Part shown: positions 47,578-56,365 of the stretch, in pieces
Layout of the letters: every line of letters starts with the position of its first letter
How positions within the stretch are numbered: the first letter of the stretch is position 1
Origin: Bacillota bacterium
Lineage (GTDB): Bacteria; Bacillota_I; Bacilli_A; RF39; UBA660
Direction: 5' to 3'
DNA: 64,000 bases
NCBI GenBank assembly: GCA_023430885.1
Contig: JAEYYH010000032.1
Span: 19,279 to 83,278, forward strand
Notes under the pieces: model-generated
Told to the model about the DNA's origin: nothing
What the model saw: only the letters and a program-made list of their open reading frames with translations
The model's database searches: none
Program-made: the position numbers and the translations under genes

Positions 47578-47597
47578 TAAAATCACCCTTTTTTTTC

Positions 47598-48776
47598 TTA
47601 ATTATAACCCGATAAATCTTTTATGAAATTAATTGCAATAGTAATAGCAGCACCTTTTGAATATGTTTCTAAGCTATCTATATCTTGTCCTTCAATCCAA
47701 ACATAAGCTCTTACTTTTGTTATACCACTTGGAATTTGAAAGATTGGATTTGTAAATGTAGTAGTTGTCTTTTGCAAGGCAAAATGCTCTGTATCAAGTG
47801 GTATACCTGTACCTTCTTGTCCATTTGAATGTTGAAGATTTCTTCCTTCATTTATAATGGCATATGTTGGATTGTATGTACCATCCACCAAAGTAATATC
47901 GCTTTCTTTAGCTGTCTTAATAGATCCTTCAGAATGCGCTGTACTATTAGGTTCATAAATAACCATTTCGCAATTATTATTGCATACAATATTTTGAATA
48001 TTGTTAACACTTGATTTTAAAGGAACACTTCCTACTTTTATAAGACCTATTCTCATAGAATTCATTATTCCACTCATAGAATCAATAATATCTTCTTTTG
48101 TTGCTTCATCTGTGTCAGCATATTTATTATAATCAAAATCAATAGCAGTATCATCATCAAAATACAGATTATCGCTTAGTGGTGAACCACTAACATTTTT
48201 TAAAAAGATATCAAATGCAATGTAAACATTAGCAGCTGATGAGTTATTTTGATCAACTAATGTCGTATTTAATAATCGTTCACCTGGAACAATCTTTTTC
48301 TTATTTTTAACTATTTCTCCTACATAGACATCAAATTTATCACTATTAGAATTTGGAATTCCAATAGTTGAAACAGGCCATAAACCGGCTGAAGCCCACT
48401 GATTAGTGTTGGTTGGATATTTATTCTCTAAGTCTTTAATTACACTATCTAGAGATATCTCAACTGAATCCGAAAAGTCAATACCGTCAAGTGAAATAAA
48501 TAATCCACTGTTACTAGATACGGACATATCAAGAAATTTAACTTTAACATTTAAGGATGCAGATAACCAAGCGTATGAAGAAACTATTAACAAAATACCA
48601 GTAAAGAAAATAATAAATATTAATAATCTAGGATCTATTTTCTTTATTCTTATTCTTTGACCTTTTAGTATTTTTCTAACACTTTTCTTCTTTCCTTTAT
48701 TATTAATCTTTTTCTTGTTTTTAGAATTACTATTTTTCTTTACTTTTAAATTTTCTTTCGTATTTTGTACGGTCAT
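47598..48776 (-). CDS. secreted TasA-like paralog 1 (SipW-cognate signal SSYAWLSA)
   Basis: Start taken at second Met (GAGGTG RBS); very basic n-region, h-region, SYAWLSASLNVKVKF; divergent homolog of the three downstream paralogs, lacks the DUF5011 tail. Confidence 0.5.
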   Translation of the reverse strand: MTVQNTKENLKVKKNSNSKNKKKINNKGKKKSVRKILKGQRIRIKKIDPRLLIFIIFFTGILLIVSSYAWLSASLNVKVKFLDMSVSSNSGLFISLDGIDFSDSVEISLDSVIKDLENKYPTNTNQWASAGLWPVSTIGIPNSNSDKFDVYVGEIVKNKKKIVPGERLLNTTLVDQNNSSAANVYIAFDIFLKNVSGSPLSDNLYFDDDTAIDFDYNKYADTDEATKEDIIDSMSGIMNSMRIGLIKVGSVPLKSSVNNIQNIVCNNNCEMVIYEPNSTAHSEGSIKTAKESDITLVDGTYNPTYAIINEGRNLQHSNGQEGTGIPLDTEHFALQKTTTTFTNPIFQIPSGITKVRAYVWIEGQDIDSLETYSKGAAITIAINFIKDLSGYN

Positions 48777-48802
48777 AAAGCACCTCATTCAAAATATAAA
48801 TA

Positions 48803-48828
48803 AAGAGTAACCAGCTTTGATTACTCTT
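48803..48828 (-). terminator. terminator hairpin after paralog 2, only 27 bp before start of paralog 1
   Basis: aagagtaa-N10-ttactctt, T-rich after on minus strand. Confidence 0.5.
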
Positions 48829-48905
48829 AATTATCTTAATAATAACTAATTACTAACATAACCACTAGTCAGTATTATTTAAATATTAAATTTTATCAAT
48901 CATTA

Positions 48906-50366
48906 TTATTTAACAATTACAGTTCTTGTTTTAGTGCCTACGTTTCCTGCTGCATCAGTTACTGTATATGTTATTGTATAAGTTCCTGCTTCTGCAGTAT
49001 TAACTGTACCTGTTATTGCGATATTTTCTGTAGCAATATCGCCATCTCTAGCATCCTTAGCAGTTGCTCCTGGTTCAACATAAGTTCCACCAACAGCTAA
49101 TGTCATAGGATTTGCTCCTTCTAATGAGATAACTGGTCTTTCAGTATCTGGAATAGTTGGTCCGTTATAATGGATATCATCCTCAGTATATCTTTCTTTA
49201 GTGAATCCAAAATTTACAGAAATTTTCTTACCAATTGAAGCAAAGTCATAGTTATCTATATCTTGTCCTTCAATATAAATATAAATTCTAATTTTTGTAA
49301 TACTATTTGGAGCTAAAGTCATAAATGTTGGACGAGCAGTTCCAGTATAACCTTTCATTGTATCAGTAAAATATGGATATGCTGTTAACTTAGCACTTGA
49401 TGTGTAAGTGTTATATTCAGCACCATCGTAAACATCTACATTGTCACCTGAATCTATATCAGTACTTACAGCATATGTTGGATATGCATGATCATCTGCA
49501 ACAGCACCACAGCCTCCTGCTGAAGGATATGATAAATCTAATGTAACGTCTAAACCAGTTCTTGCTTTACAAGAAGTAGTGTACCAACTAATTGCATTTG
49601 CAACATGATCTATATCATTTGGTTCCCAAATTTGAGCTGTTCTACAAATACCTGTTACACCATCAGCAATTGATGGTTTTGATTCAGCATTTGCATTACA
49701 ATTAATACCTGTAATCTTTGCTACATCAGTAGTAGTTCCTGCAACACGCCCTATTTGAGCGAATGCTACTCTTACAGAGTTTTCAATACCAGTGTTTTCA
49801 ACACCTGTAGCAGCCACTTTTACTGCAGAATCTGTAGTCAAATAAATTGCTTCTTCATCTAGTGGTTCTAAAGCTTCTAGATATTGTGTACCTGAGAAGT
49901 TTTTAACAAATAAATCAAATGCAACGTATCCATCTTGTTCAGCAGGTAAAGCTTCCTCACCTACTTTATAGTTTTTAACACGACTTGCCATAAGTCTGTA
50001 ACCACCAGGTGTTGTTGTTAAACTTGCTTTCTCAAACAATTGCATTCTTGAAGATTTAACATCCATAGTACCTATAGATGAAACTGGAAATAATCCTGCT
50101 CCACCCCAGTTATTAGTGTTTCCTTCATAAGAATTAGAATCTACGGTTGCTTGTGAAATTTGTACTGTTGTATCCCATGTTTGTCCATTTAAAGATAATA
50201 ACAAACTATCAGTTGAAGCTATTTCAACATCAAAACTTGATACATTAACAGTTCGCATACCAATAAACCATGCGTATGTTGAAACAGATAAAATTACAGC
50301 AGTTAAAGAAAAAATAAAAATAAGGTTTCTAATGCGTTTTCTACGCATTTTACTTTGTTTTGGCAT
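48906..50366 (-). CDS. secreted TasA-like paralog 2 with C-terminal DUF5011 Ig-like domain
   Basis: Start at MPKQSKMRRKR (RBS present; the longer listed ORF is conserved leader); signal LSVSTYAWFIGMRTVNVSSFDVEIAST; C-terminal PVISLEGANPMTLAVGGTYVEPGATAKDARDGD...GTYTITYTVTDAAGNVGTKTRTVIV. Confidence 0.55.
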   Translation of the reverse strand: MPKQSKMRRKRIRNLIFIFSLTAVILSVSTYAWFIGMRTVNVSSFDVEIASTDSLLLSLNGQTWDTTVQISQATVDSNSYEGNTNNWGGAGLFPVSSIGTMDVKSSRMQLFEKASLTTTPGGYRLMASRVKNYKVGEEALPAEQDGYVAFDLFVKNFSGTQYLEALEPLDEEAIYLTTDSAVKVAATGVENTGIENSVRVAFAQIGRVAGTTTDVAKITGINCNANAESKPSIADGVTGICRTAQIWEPNDIDHVANAISWYTTSCKARTGLDVTLDLSYPSAGGCGAVADDHAYPTYAVSTDIDSGDNVDVYDGAEYNTYTSSAKLTAYPYFTDTMKGYTGTARPTFMTLAPNSITKIRIYIYIEGQDIDNYDFASIGKKISVNFGFTKERYTEDDIHYNGPTIPDTERPVISLEGANPMTLAVGGTYVEPGATAKDARDGDIATENIAITGTVNTAEAGTYTITYTVTDAAGNVGTKTRTVIVK

Positions 50367-50385
50367 AAATACATCTCTCTCTCTA

Positions 50386-51078
50386 TTATCCAACAAATTC
50401 AGAATTAAAATCCATGTGAATTTTAATTTCTCCTCCAAGAATGTTATCAGTGCATTCTGGATCAGTTCCTTCTAACCATAAGACTATTGTATATTTGTTT
50501 TTATCACCAGGTTTAAAGTCAACTACATGTTCATGAGCAATAAGGGTATCCGTTTCAAAAGCAACCGTTTCTTTTTCTGGATTCCCGTTACTAGACGCCT
50601 TAGCGTAGGTAATATAATTACCGTTCTTATATACTCTAATTCTTACAGCATCGTCAAGATTTTTTATAACATCATCAATAATTATTTCAGACCAATAATC
50701 AGATGGAGTATCGCCTAGATTTTCAATATAAAAAGTGTAGGCAACGTAATTATCACCGTTGTGAGATCCGCCTTCAAAATTGTCAATGTCTTCTGGAAGC
50801 CACTTATAGGAAATATTATCAAAGCTTTCAACAATTGGTGCATATAGCTCTGTTCTAAATACTTTATAGTTAGAATCATCATAAATAACAATATTATTTT
50901 CTAAATATAAGTTCCTATCTAGTGTAATACTGAAATTACCATTGTTGTAAATAACCCTAACAACAATGTATAAGATAAGTAACAATAGTGTGAAGAAAAG
51001 TAATACTAATTTAACAATTTTCGTTATTTTTTTCTTATGTTTTCTTTTGCCAGCTCTAGCTATAATTTCATTATTCAT
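50386..51078 (-). CDS. secreted/membrane-anchored 230-aa protein co-transcribed with paralog 2
   Basis: Basic n-region, TM, beta-rich body; shares promoter/leader architecture with paralog 3. Confidence 0.4.
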   Translation of the reverse strand: MNNEIIARAGKRKHKKKITKIVKLVLLFFTLLLLILYIVVRVIYNNGNFSITLDRNLYLENNIVIYDDSNYKVFRTELYAPIVESFDNISYKWLPEDIDNFEGGSHNGDNYVAYTFYIENLGDTPSDYWSEIIIDDVIKNLDDAVRIRVYKNGNYITYAKASSNGNPEKETVAFETDTLIAHEHVVDFKPGDKNKYTIVLWLEGTDPECTDNILGGEIKIHMDFNSEFVG

Positions 51079-51149
51079 TTCCTACCCATGTCCTTTATGT
51101 GTAACTTCACAGAATATTCATATGCATATATAGATACCCTACTATAATA

Positions 51150-51186
51150 TACAATATTATTGTAACATAGTCTAAAACATAATTCA
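51150..51186 (-). promoter_or_regulatory. sigma-A type promoter (TTGAAT-17-TGtTACAAT)
   Basis: On minus strand: -35 at 51181..51186, extended -10 at 51158..51163 plus TG. Confidence 0.45.
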
Positions 51187-51220
51187 ACATTTTTTTCACT
51201 ACAAGTATTATTTAATTTAC

Positions 51221-51255
51221 ATAAAAATAAAAGAGTAATCACACCGATTACTCTT
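51221..51255 (-). terminator. rho-independent terminator after paralog 3
   Basis: aaagagtaatc-acacc-gattactcttt then T-tract on minus strand. Confidence 0.6.
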
Positions 51256-51291
51256 TAATATTTTAACAATAATTAATTATTAATATAATAA

Positions 51292-52779
51292 TTATCCTGT
51301 TATTATAACTGTTCTAGTTTTAGTACCTACATTTCCAGCTGCATCAGTTACTGTATAAAGTATTTTATATGTTCCTGGTACTGCTGCATTTACTGTTCCT
51401 GTTTTAACAATACTTGTTGTTAAATTGCCATCTTTGTTGTCTGTTGCAGTTGCTCCTGCATCTGCATAATCGCCAGGAAGATCACTCTTAGGCTGAGTTA
51501 CTACACTATCACCAACTAATGTGATTACTGGTACAGTCTTATCTGCACTTGCAGTAGCATCAGGGCCTTCACCTTCGTTTAAATCTGGTCCATTATAATT
51601 GATATCATCTTCAGTATATCTTTCTTTAGTGAATCCAAATTTAACAGAAATCTTTCTACCAATTGAAGCAAAATCATAGTTATCTATATCTTGACCTTCA
51701 ATATAAATATAAACTCTAACTTTTGTGATACTATTTGGAGATAAAGTCATAAATGATGGACGACTTGTACCTGTTAATAATTTCATAGTATCTGTAAAGT
51801 ATGGGTAAGCTGTTAATAATGTTGAAGATGGAGTTCCAACAAAACTATTATATGTTCCACCATCATAAATATCAACATTGTTAGCAGAAGTTATATCATT
51901 ATTTATTGCATATGTTGGATATGCTATACCATTTGTTAAAACTCCGCAACTTCCAGCATAAGCACTGCTTAATGTAACATTATCACCATCTGGTGATGCT
52001 AATCTCTTTTTACAAGAAGTATTATACCAACTAATAGCATTTGCTACATGGTCAGTATCATTTGGTTCCCAAATTTGGGCTGTTCTACAAATACCTGTTA
52101 CTGCGCTATCACTAGTACAAGTAATACCTGTAATTGTTGATGCAGTAGTAGTCGTCCCTGCAACACGTCCTATTTGTGCGAAAGCCACCCTTACTGAATT
52201 TTCAATACCTGCTCCATCTACTCCACCGTTTAAACCAGCTTCTGCTACTGTAACTGCAGAATCATTAGTTAAATAAATTGCTTCTTCATCTAATGGTTCT
52301 AAAGCTGGAAGATATTGTGTACCTGAAAAGTTTTTAATGAATAAGTCGAATGCAACATATCCATCTTGTTCAGGTTTTCCATCATAGTTGTTAACACGAC
52401 TTGCCATAAGTCTATAACCACCAGGTGTAGAAGTTAAACTTGCTTTTTCGAATAGTTTCATTCTTGAAACAGTCGAGTCCATGGCACCTACTGAAGATAC
52501 TGGGAATAAACCAGCTCCACCCCAACTATTTGTGTTGCCTTCATATACAACAGCTGGATCATTAACAGTTCCTTGTGAAATGGCAACAGTTGTGTCCCAA
52601 GTTGAACCATTCAATGATAGTAATAAGCTGTCTGTAGAAGCTATTTCAACATCAAAGCTTGATACATTAACGGTTCTCATACCGATAAACCATGCATATG
52701 TTGAAACAGATAAAACAACAGCCGATAAAGAAAAAATAGCGATAAGATTTCTTAGGCGTTTTTTGTTTTGTTTTGGCAT
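51292..52779 (-). CDS. secreted TasA-like paralog 3 with C-terminal DUF5011 Ig-like domain
   Basis: 495 aa; MPKQNKKRLRNLIAIFSLSAVVLSVSTYAWFIGMRTVNVSSFDVEIAST; C-terminal PVITLVGDSVVTQ...GTYKILYTVTDAAGNVGTKTRTVII. Confidence 0.55.
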   Translation of the reverse strand: MPKQNKKRLRNLIAIFSLSAVVLSVSTYAWFIGMRTVNVSSFDVEIASTDSLLLSLNGSTWDTTVAISQGTVNDPAVVYEGNTNSWGGAGLFPVSSVGAMDSTVSRMKLFEKASLTSTPGGYRLMASRVNNYDGKPEQDGYVAFDLFIKNFSGTQYLPALEPLDEEAIYLTNDSAVTVAEAGLNGGVDGAGIENSVRVAFAQIGRVAGTTTTASTITGITCTSDSAVTGICRTAQIWEPNDTDHVANAISWYNTSCKKRLASPDGDNVTLSSAYAGSCGVLTNGIAYPTYAINNDITSANNVDIYDGGTYNSFVGTPSSTLLTAYPYFTDTMKLLTGTSRPSFMTLSPNSITKVRVYIYIEGQDIDNYDFASIGRKISVKFGFTKERYTEDDINYNGPDLNEGEGPDATASADKTVPVITLVGDSVVTQPKSDLPGDYADAGATATDNKDGNLTTSIVKTGTVNAAVPGTYKILYTVTDAAGNVGTKTRTVIITG

Positions 52780-52939
52780 AATTATTATCTCTCCTTCTTT
52801 TTTTATAAGTATAAAATTAAAAATTGGTATTTTTCTTAATTTTCCACTTATGTCTTACCAATAAAATAAACCTGTCATCTTTGTAATTTCACGATATACA
52901 TTTGAATAAATTCATATGTATATTTCGCTACCCTATACA

Positions 52940-53010
52940 ATTTATATTGTATCATAAGCAGGTAAATTGTCAATACAATTTATTTTTTTTGTCAAAAATT
53001 GTCATGTTGA
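52940..53010 (-). promoter_or_regulatory. promoter of paralog 3 (TTGACA-16-TGaTACAAT) preceded by tandem TTGACAA repeats
   Basis: Minus strand: catGACAAtttTTGACAAaaaaaataaattgtaTTGACAatttacctgcttaTGaTACAAT; -35 at 52968..52973, -10 at 52946..52951; leader about 160 nt. Confidence 0.5.
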
Positions 53011-53092
53011 ATGTACCGATTTTTAAATGTTTTTTGTGTAAAATATATCATTTTATAATATAAAAAATGCTTTATCTTTATATCATGAATAT

Positions 53093-53130
53093 AAAATAAA
53101 AAGATAGTAACTCTTTCGAGATACTATCTT
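53093..53130 (-). terminator. rho-independent terminator after paralog 4
   Basis: aagatagta-N12-tactatctt with T-tract on minus strand. Confidence 0.55.
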
Positions 53131-53167
53131 TAGGTTGTTTTATATTAAACTTTATTGTTTATTATAG

Positions 53168-54646
53168 TTATTGAACAGTTACTGTTCTAGTTACTTGATC
53201 AGCATAGTTACCAGCCCAGTCACTAACATTGTAAGTTACAGTATATACGCCTGCTTTACTTGTGTCTACTGGATTAATAACATGAATTTTTGCTGTCATG
53301 TTTGTATCTTCATTGTCTGTTGCTGTTGCTCCAGCATCCTCATAAGTACTTCCTAGATCAACTGTTATAGCACTATTACCATTTAATGTAATTACTGGTT
53401 TAACAGTATCTGTACTTGCATTTAATGGTGGATTTCCACTGTAAACATCAGATTCAGCATATCTTTCTTTAGTGAATCCAAATTTAACAGAAATCTTTTT
53501 ACCAATTGAAGCAAAATCATAGTTATCTACATCTTGTCCTTCAATATAAATATAAATTCTTACTTTTGTAATACTATTTGGAGATAAAGTCATAAATGTT
53601 GGTCTATTTGTTGATGTCTTCATCTTCATAGTATCAGTAAAATATGGGAATGCAGTTAAGTATGCACTACTTCCTGTAAAAGTATTATAATCTTCGCCAT
53701 CATAAATATTTACATTATTTGCAGAAGTAATAGCACTACCTATAGCATATGTATCATAAGCATTAGTATTTGTTACAGGTAAACAATTTCCTTCATAAGA
53801 TTCTGCTTTTGTAACATCACTTGTTTGTCCCTCTAAAACTGCTTTTCTTGTTTTACAAGAAGTTGTATACCAACTAATAGCATTTGCTACGTGTTTAGTA
53901 TCATTTGGTTCCCAGATTTGAGCTGTTCTACAAATACCTGTTACATCACTATCAACAGCTGGATTACAAGTAATTCCAGTAATTGTTGATGCATTAGTAG
54001 TAGTTCCTGCAACACGTCCTATTTGAGCGAAAGCTACTCTTACTGAGTTTTCAATTCCTGTTTCACCAACTCCACCAGTTTCTGCTACTGTTACTGCAGA
54101 ATCTGTAGTTAAGTAAATTGCTTCTTCATCTAATTCATTTAATGCTTTAATATATTGTGTACCTGAAAAATTCTTAATGAATAAGTCAAATGCAACATAT
54201 CCATCTTGTTCAGCAGTTAGTTTGCCTTCTCCATCTGTTTGATAATTATTAACACGACTTGCCATAAGTCTATATCCACCAGGTGTAGAAGTTAAACTTG
54301 CTTTTTCGAATAGTTTCATTCTTGAAGCTGTGTTATCCATAGCACCTATTGATGAAACTGGAATTAATCCGGCTCCACCCCAAGTGTTAGTGTTTCCTTC
54401 ATATACAACATCTGTATCATTAACGTTTGCTTGTGAAATATTTACTGTGGTATCCCATTTTTGACCATTAAGAGATAACAATAAACTATCAGTTGATGCT
54501 ATTTCAACATCAAAGCTAGAAACATTAACAGTTCGCATACCAATAAACCATGCATATGTTGAAACTGATAAAATTATAGCTGTTAAAGAAAAAATAACAA
54601 TAAGATTTCTAACGCGTTTTGAGCGTAGTTTCTTTAGTTTTGGCAT
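53168..54646 (-). CDS. secreted TasA-like paralog 4 with C-terminal DUF5011 Ig-like domain
   Basis: Start at MPKLKKLRSKR (RBS aggaagagag); VSTYAWFIGMRTVNVSSFDVEIAST; C-terminal PVITLNGNSAITVDLGSTYEDAGATATDNED...GVYTVTYNVSDWAGN. Confidence 0.55.
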   Translation of the reverse strand: MPKLKKLRSKRVRNLIVIFSLTAIILSVSTYAWFIGMRTVNVSSFDVEIASTDSLLLSLNGQKWDTTVNISQANVNDTDVVYEGNTNTWGGAGLIPVSSIGAMDNTASRMKLFEKASLTSTPGGYRLMASRVNNYQTDGEGKLTAEQDGYVAFDLFIKNFSGTQYIKALNELDEEAIYLTTDSAVTVAETGGVGETGIENSVRVAFAQIGRVAGTTTNASTITGITCNPAVDSDVTGICRTAQIWEPNDTKHVANAISWYTTSCKTRKAVLEGQTSDVTKAESYEGNCLPVTNTNAYDTYAIGSAITSANNVNIYDGEDYNTFTGSSAYLTAFPYFTDTMKMKTSTNRPTFMTLSPNSITKVRIYIYIEGQDVDNYDFASIGKKISVKFGFTKERYAESDVYSGNPPLNASTDTVKPVITLNGNSAITVDLGSTYEDAGATATDNEDTNMTAKIHVINPVDTSKAGVYTVTYNVSDWAGNYADQVTRTVTVQ

Positions 54647-55070
54647 AAATACATCTCTCTTCCTATTTTCGACTATTTTTACCATAAACATTTTATATAT
54701 GTTTATGGATCTTGCTTCTAACTATAAGACATGTTGTAGTTTAATTCTATTACCTATTTTAAGTTCTTCTAAATACTTTTGTATGACAGGTTTAATCAGT
54801 TCAAAAGAAATTATATCTTTTTCAAGAATCAATTATTAGAGGATTTGAAATAAGTAACTTAATTACGGCCTTCGTGAATTCTTTTTTCTTACAGTTTATT
54901 GACTATTTTTTAATATCACCAATAATTTTCGCAATTATTATTGATTGTAATAAAAAATTGTCACTATTATAAACAATACAAACGACAATAATATAGTCTC
55001 GTTATTCACGTTTTGCATGGTGACTTTTTATGTCACCAATCATAATATCTTTATCGTAGTATACATTCAC

Positions 55071-55135
55071 ATTTTATCACAAATAGGCAAGTTGTCAATA
55101 TGGTTTAACATTTTTTGTCAAAATTTGTCAAAGTA
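55071..55135 (-). promoter_or_regulatory. promoter of paralog 4 (TTGACA-17-TGaTAAAAT) preceded by tandem TTGACAA repeats; about 440-nt leader
   Basis: Minus strand: ctTTGACAAatttTGACAAaaaatgttaaaccataTTGACAacttgcctatttgTGaTAAAAT; -35 at 55094..55099, -10 at 55071..55076; the same architecture as 52940..53010. Confidence 0.5.
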
Positions 55136-55262
55136 AAATTTTGAAGTTTTAGTGTTTTTTGGATTAAATTTTTATGAATAATTGATACTATAATAAAAAA
55201 AACAATCTAATTGAAGTGAACCCAATTTAGTAGACAAGAAATAAAAACAGTTTCTTGTTTTT

Positions 55263-56012
55263 TTATAAAAGACGAATTCTATCTGTATTATAAAATGATA
55301 TCCAATTAATTACAAGTTCTATGTAATTTTCTAAAGATATGATATCATTGTTATAGAGAGTTTCTTTCTTTAATATTGAATGAAAACTTTCCATTGGTGA
55401 ATCATCAATAGGAGTTCCTTTTCTGCTCATAGAGATTGTTATTCCATTAGATTCGCATATTTTTTTATATTGATAAGATGTATATTGAAATCCTTGATCA
55501 GAGTGGATTATCAAACCTTTTACATCTTGTCTTTTTTTTATTGCCTCATTCAAAGTATCTATAACTAATTTATTGTCATTTCTATTACTTATTTTATAGG
55601 AAACAACTTTTCTGTCATATAGATCTAAGATTGTAGATAAATAAGCTCGTTTATTTCCAAATATCAAGTAAGTAATATCAGTAGTCCATATTTTGTTAGA
55701 AGTTTCCACTTTGAATTTTCTATTAACTAAGTTTGGTTTAACGTTTTCTTCAATTCTTTTATAATTGAATGGTTTAATTCTTTTCATATAAATAGGTTTA
55801 ATATTATATTTTGACATCAATCGTCTAATCTTTTTGTGATTTATAATTACGCCATATTTTATTTTTAAGCCTTCCTCAATTCTTCTATATCCATAAGTCC
55901 ATTTGGATTCATCAAATATATTTTTAATCAATAAATAATCATAGTAATCATTATCTACTTTATATCTATATTTATAATAATTTTTAATACCTATATTTAA
56001 TACATCGCACAT
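55263..56012 (-). CDS. IS3 family transposase OrfB (DDE integrase core); coordinates from first Met, true frame extends upstream via frameshift
   Basis: 249 aa; rve/DDE core (IIHSDQGFQYTS...), typical of IS3 OrfB. Confidence 0.8.
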   Translation of the reverse strand: MCDVLNIGIKNYYKYRYKVDNDYYDYLLIKNIFDESKWTYGYRRIEEGLKIKYGVIINHKKIRRLMSKYNIKPIYMKRIKPFNYKRIEENVKPNLVNRKFKVETSNKIWTTDITYLIFGNKRAYLSTILDLYDRKVVSYKISNRNDNKLVIDTLNEAIKKRQDVKGLIIHSDQGFQYTSYQYKKICESNGITISMSRKGTPIDDSPMESFHSILKKETLYNNDIISLENYIELVINWISFYNTDRIRLL

Positions 56013-56053
56013 ATTAATTAATTTGTATCTATTTATATTTAAATTGATGAATG

Positions 56054-56365
56054 TTATCTTTTCCCTTGTCGGGATTCTTTGAGGAAGGCTTGGAAGTTTT
56101 TTAGTATTTCATATCTTTCTTTATAATCAATCTCCTCGTTTCCTTTAGGTCTTCCTTTTTTATTATTTAAAGTATTCCCTTTACGAATTTGATAAGCCCA
56201 CATCCTTATCGTATTATTTGATATTCCGTATTCTCGTTCTAATCCACCCGAAGAATAACCAGCATTTAACTTATTAACTATCTCCGCTCTTTTCTCTGGT
56301 GAATACTTTTGATATTTTTGTCCTTTTCTTGCCATAACTATCACTCCTTTATTTAATTTTAACAT
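56054..56365 (-). CDS. IS3 family transposase OrfA (HTH)
   Basis: 103 aa; MARKGQKYQKYSPEKRAEIVNKLNAGYSSGGLEREYGIS helix-turn-helix; ends just after slippery heptamer. Confidence 0.8.
   Translation of the reverse strand: MLKLNKGVIVMARKGQKYQKYSPEKRAEIVNKLNAGYSSGGLEREYGISNNTIRMWAYQIRKGNTLNNKKGRPKGNEEIDYKERYEILKNFQAFLKESRQGKR

Noticed and set aside
48906-54691. N-terminal extensions of paralog 2 (MEEKLKF...RERDVFMPK) and paralog 4 (MFMVKIVENRKRDVFMPK) given in the ORF track
   Set aside because: The extension is conserved leader nucleotide sequence (aaatacatctctct...) that happens to be open. Both have a good RBS before the internal MPK start, and paralog 3 starts exactly at MPK.
55021-55045. 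Hairpin tggtgac-TTTTTAT-gtcacca in paralog 4 leader as a terminator
   Set aside because: No U-tract follows on the transcribed (minus) strand. More likely a leader RNA structure or protein-binding palindrome than an intrinsic terminator.
54647-55085. Possible c-di-GMP (GEMM) or other riboswitch in the 440-nt leader of paralog 4
   Set aside because: Looked for the GEMM-I/II conserved cores (for example ACGCAAAGC / GGGACGCAAAGCC) and found only a weak ATGCAAAACGTG. No convincing conserved riboswitch core by eye. Would need cmscan.
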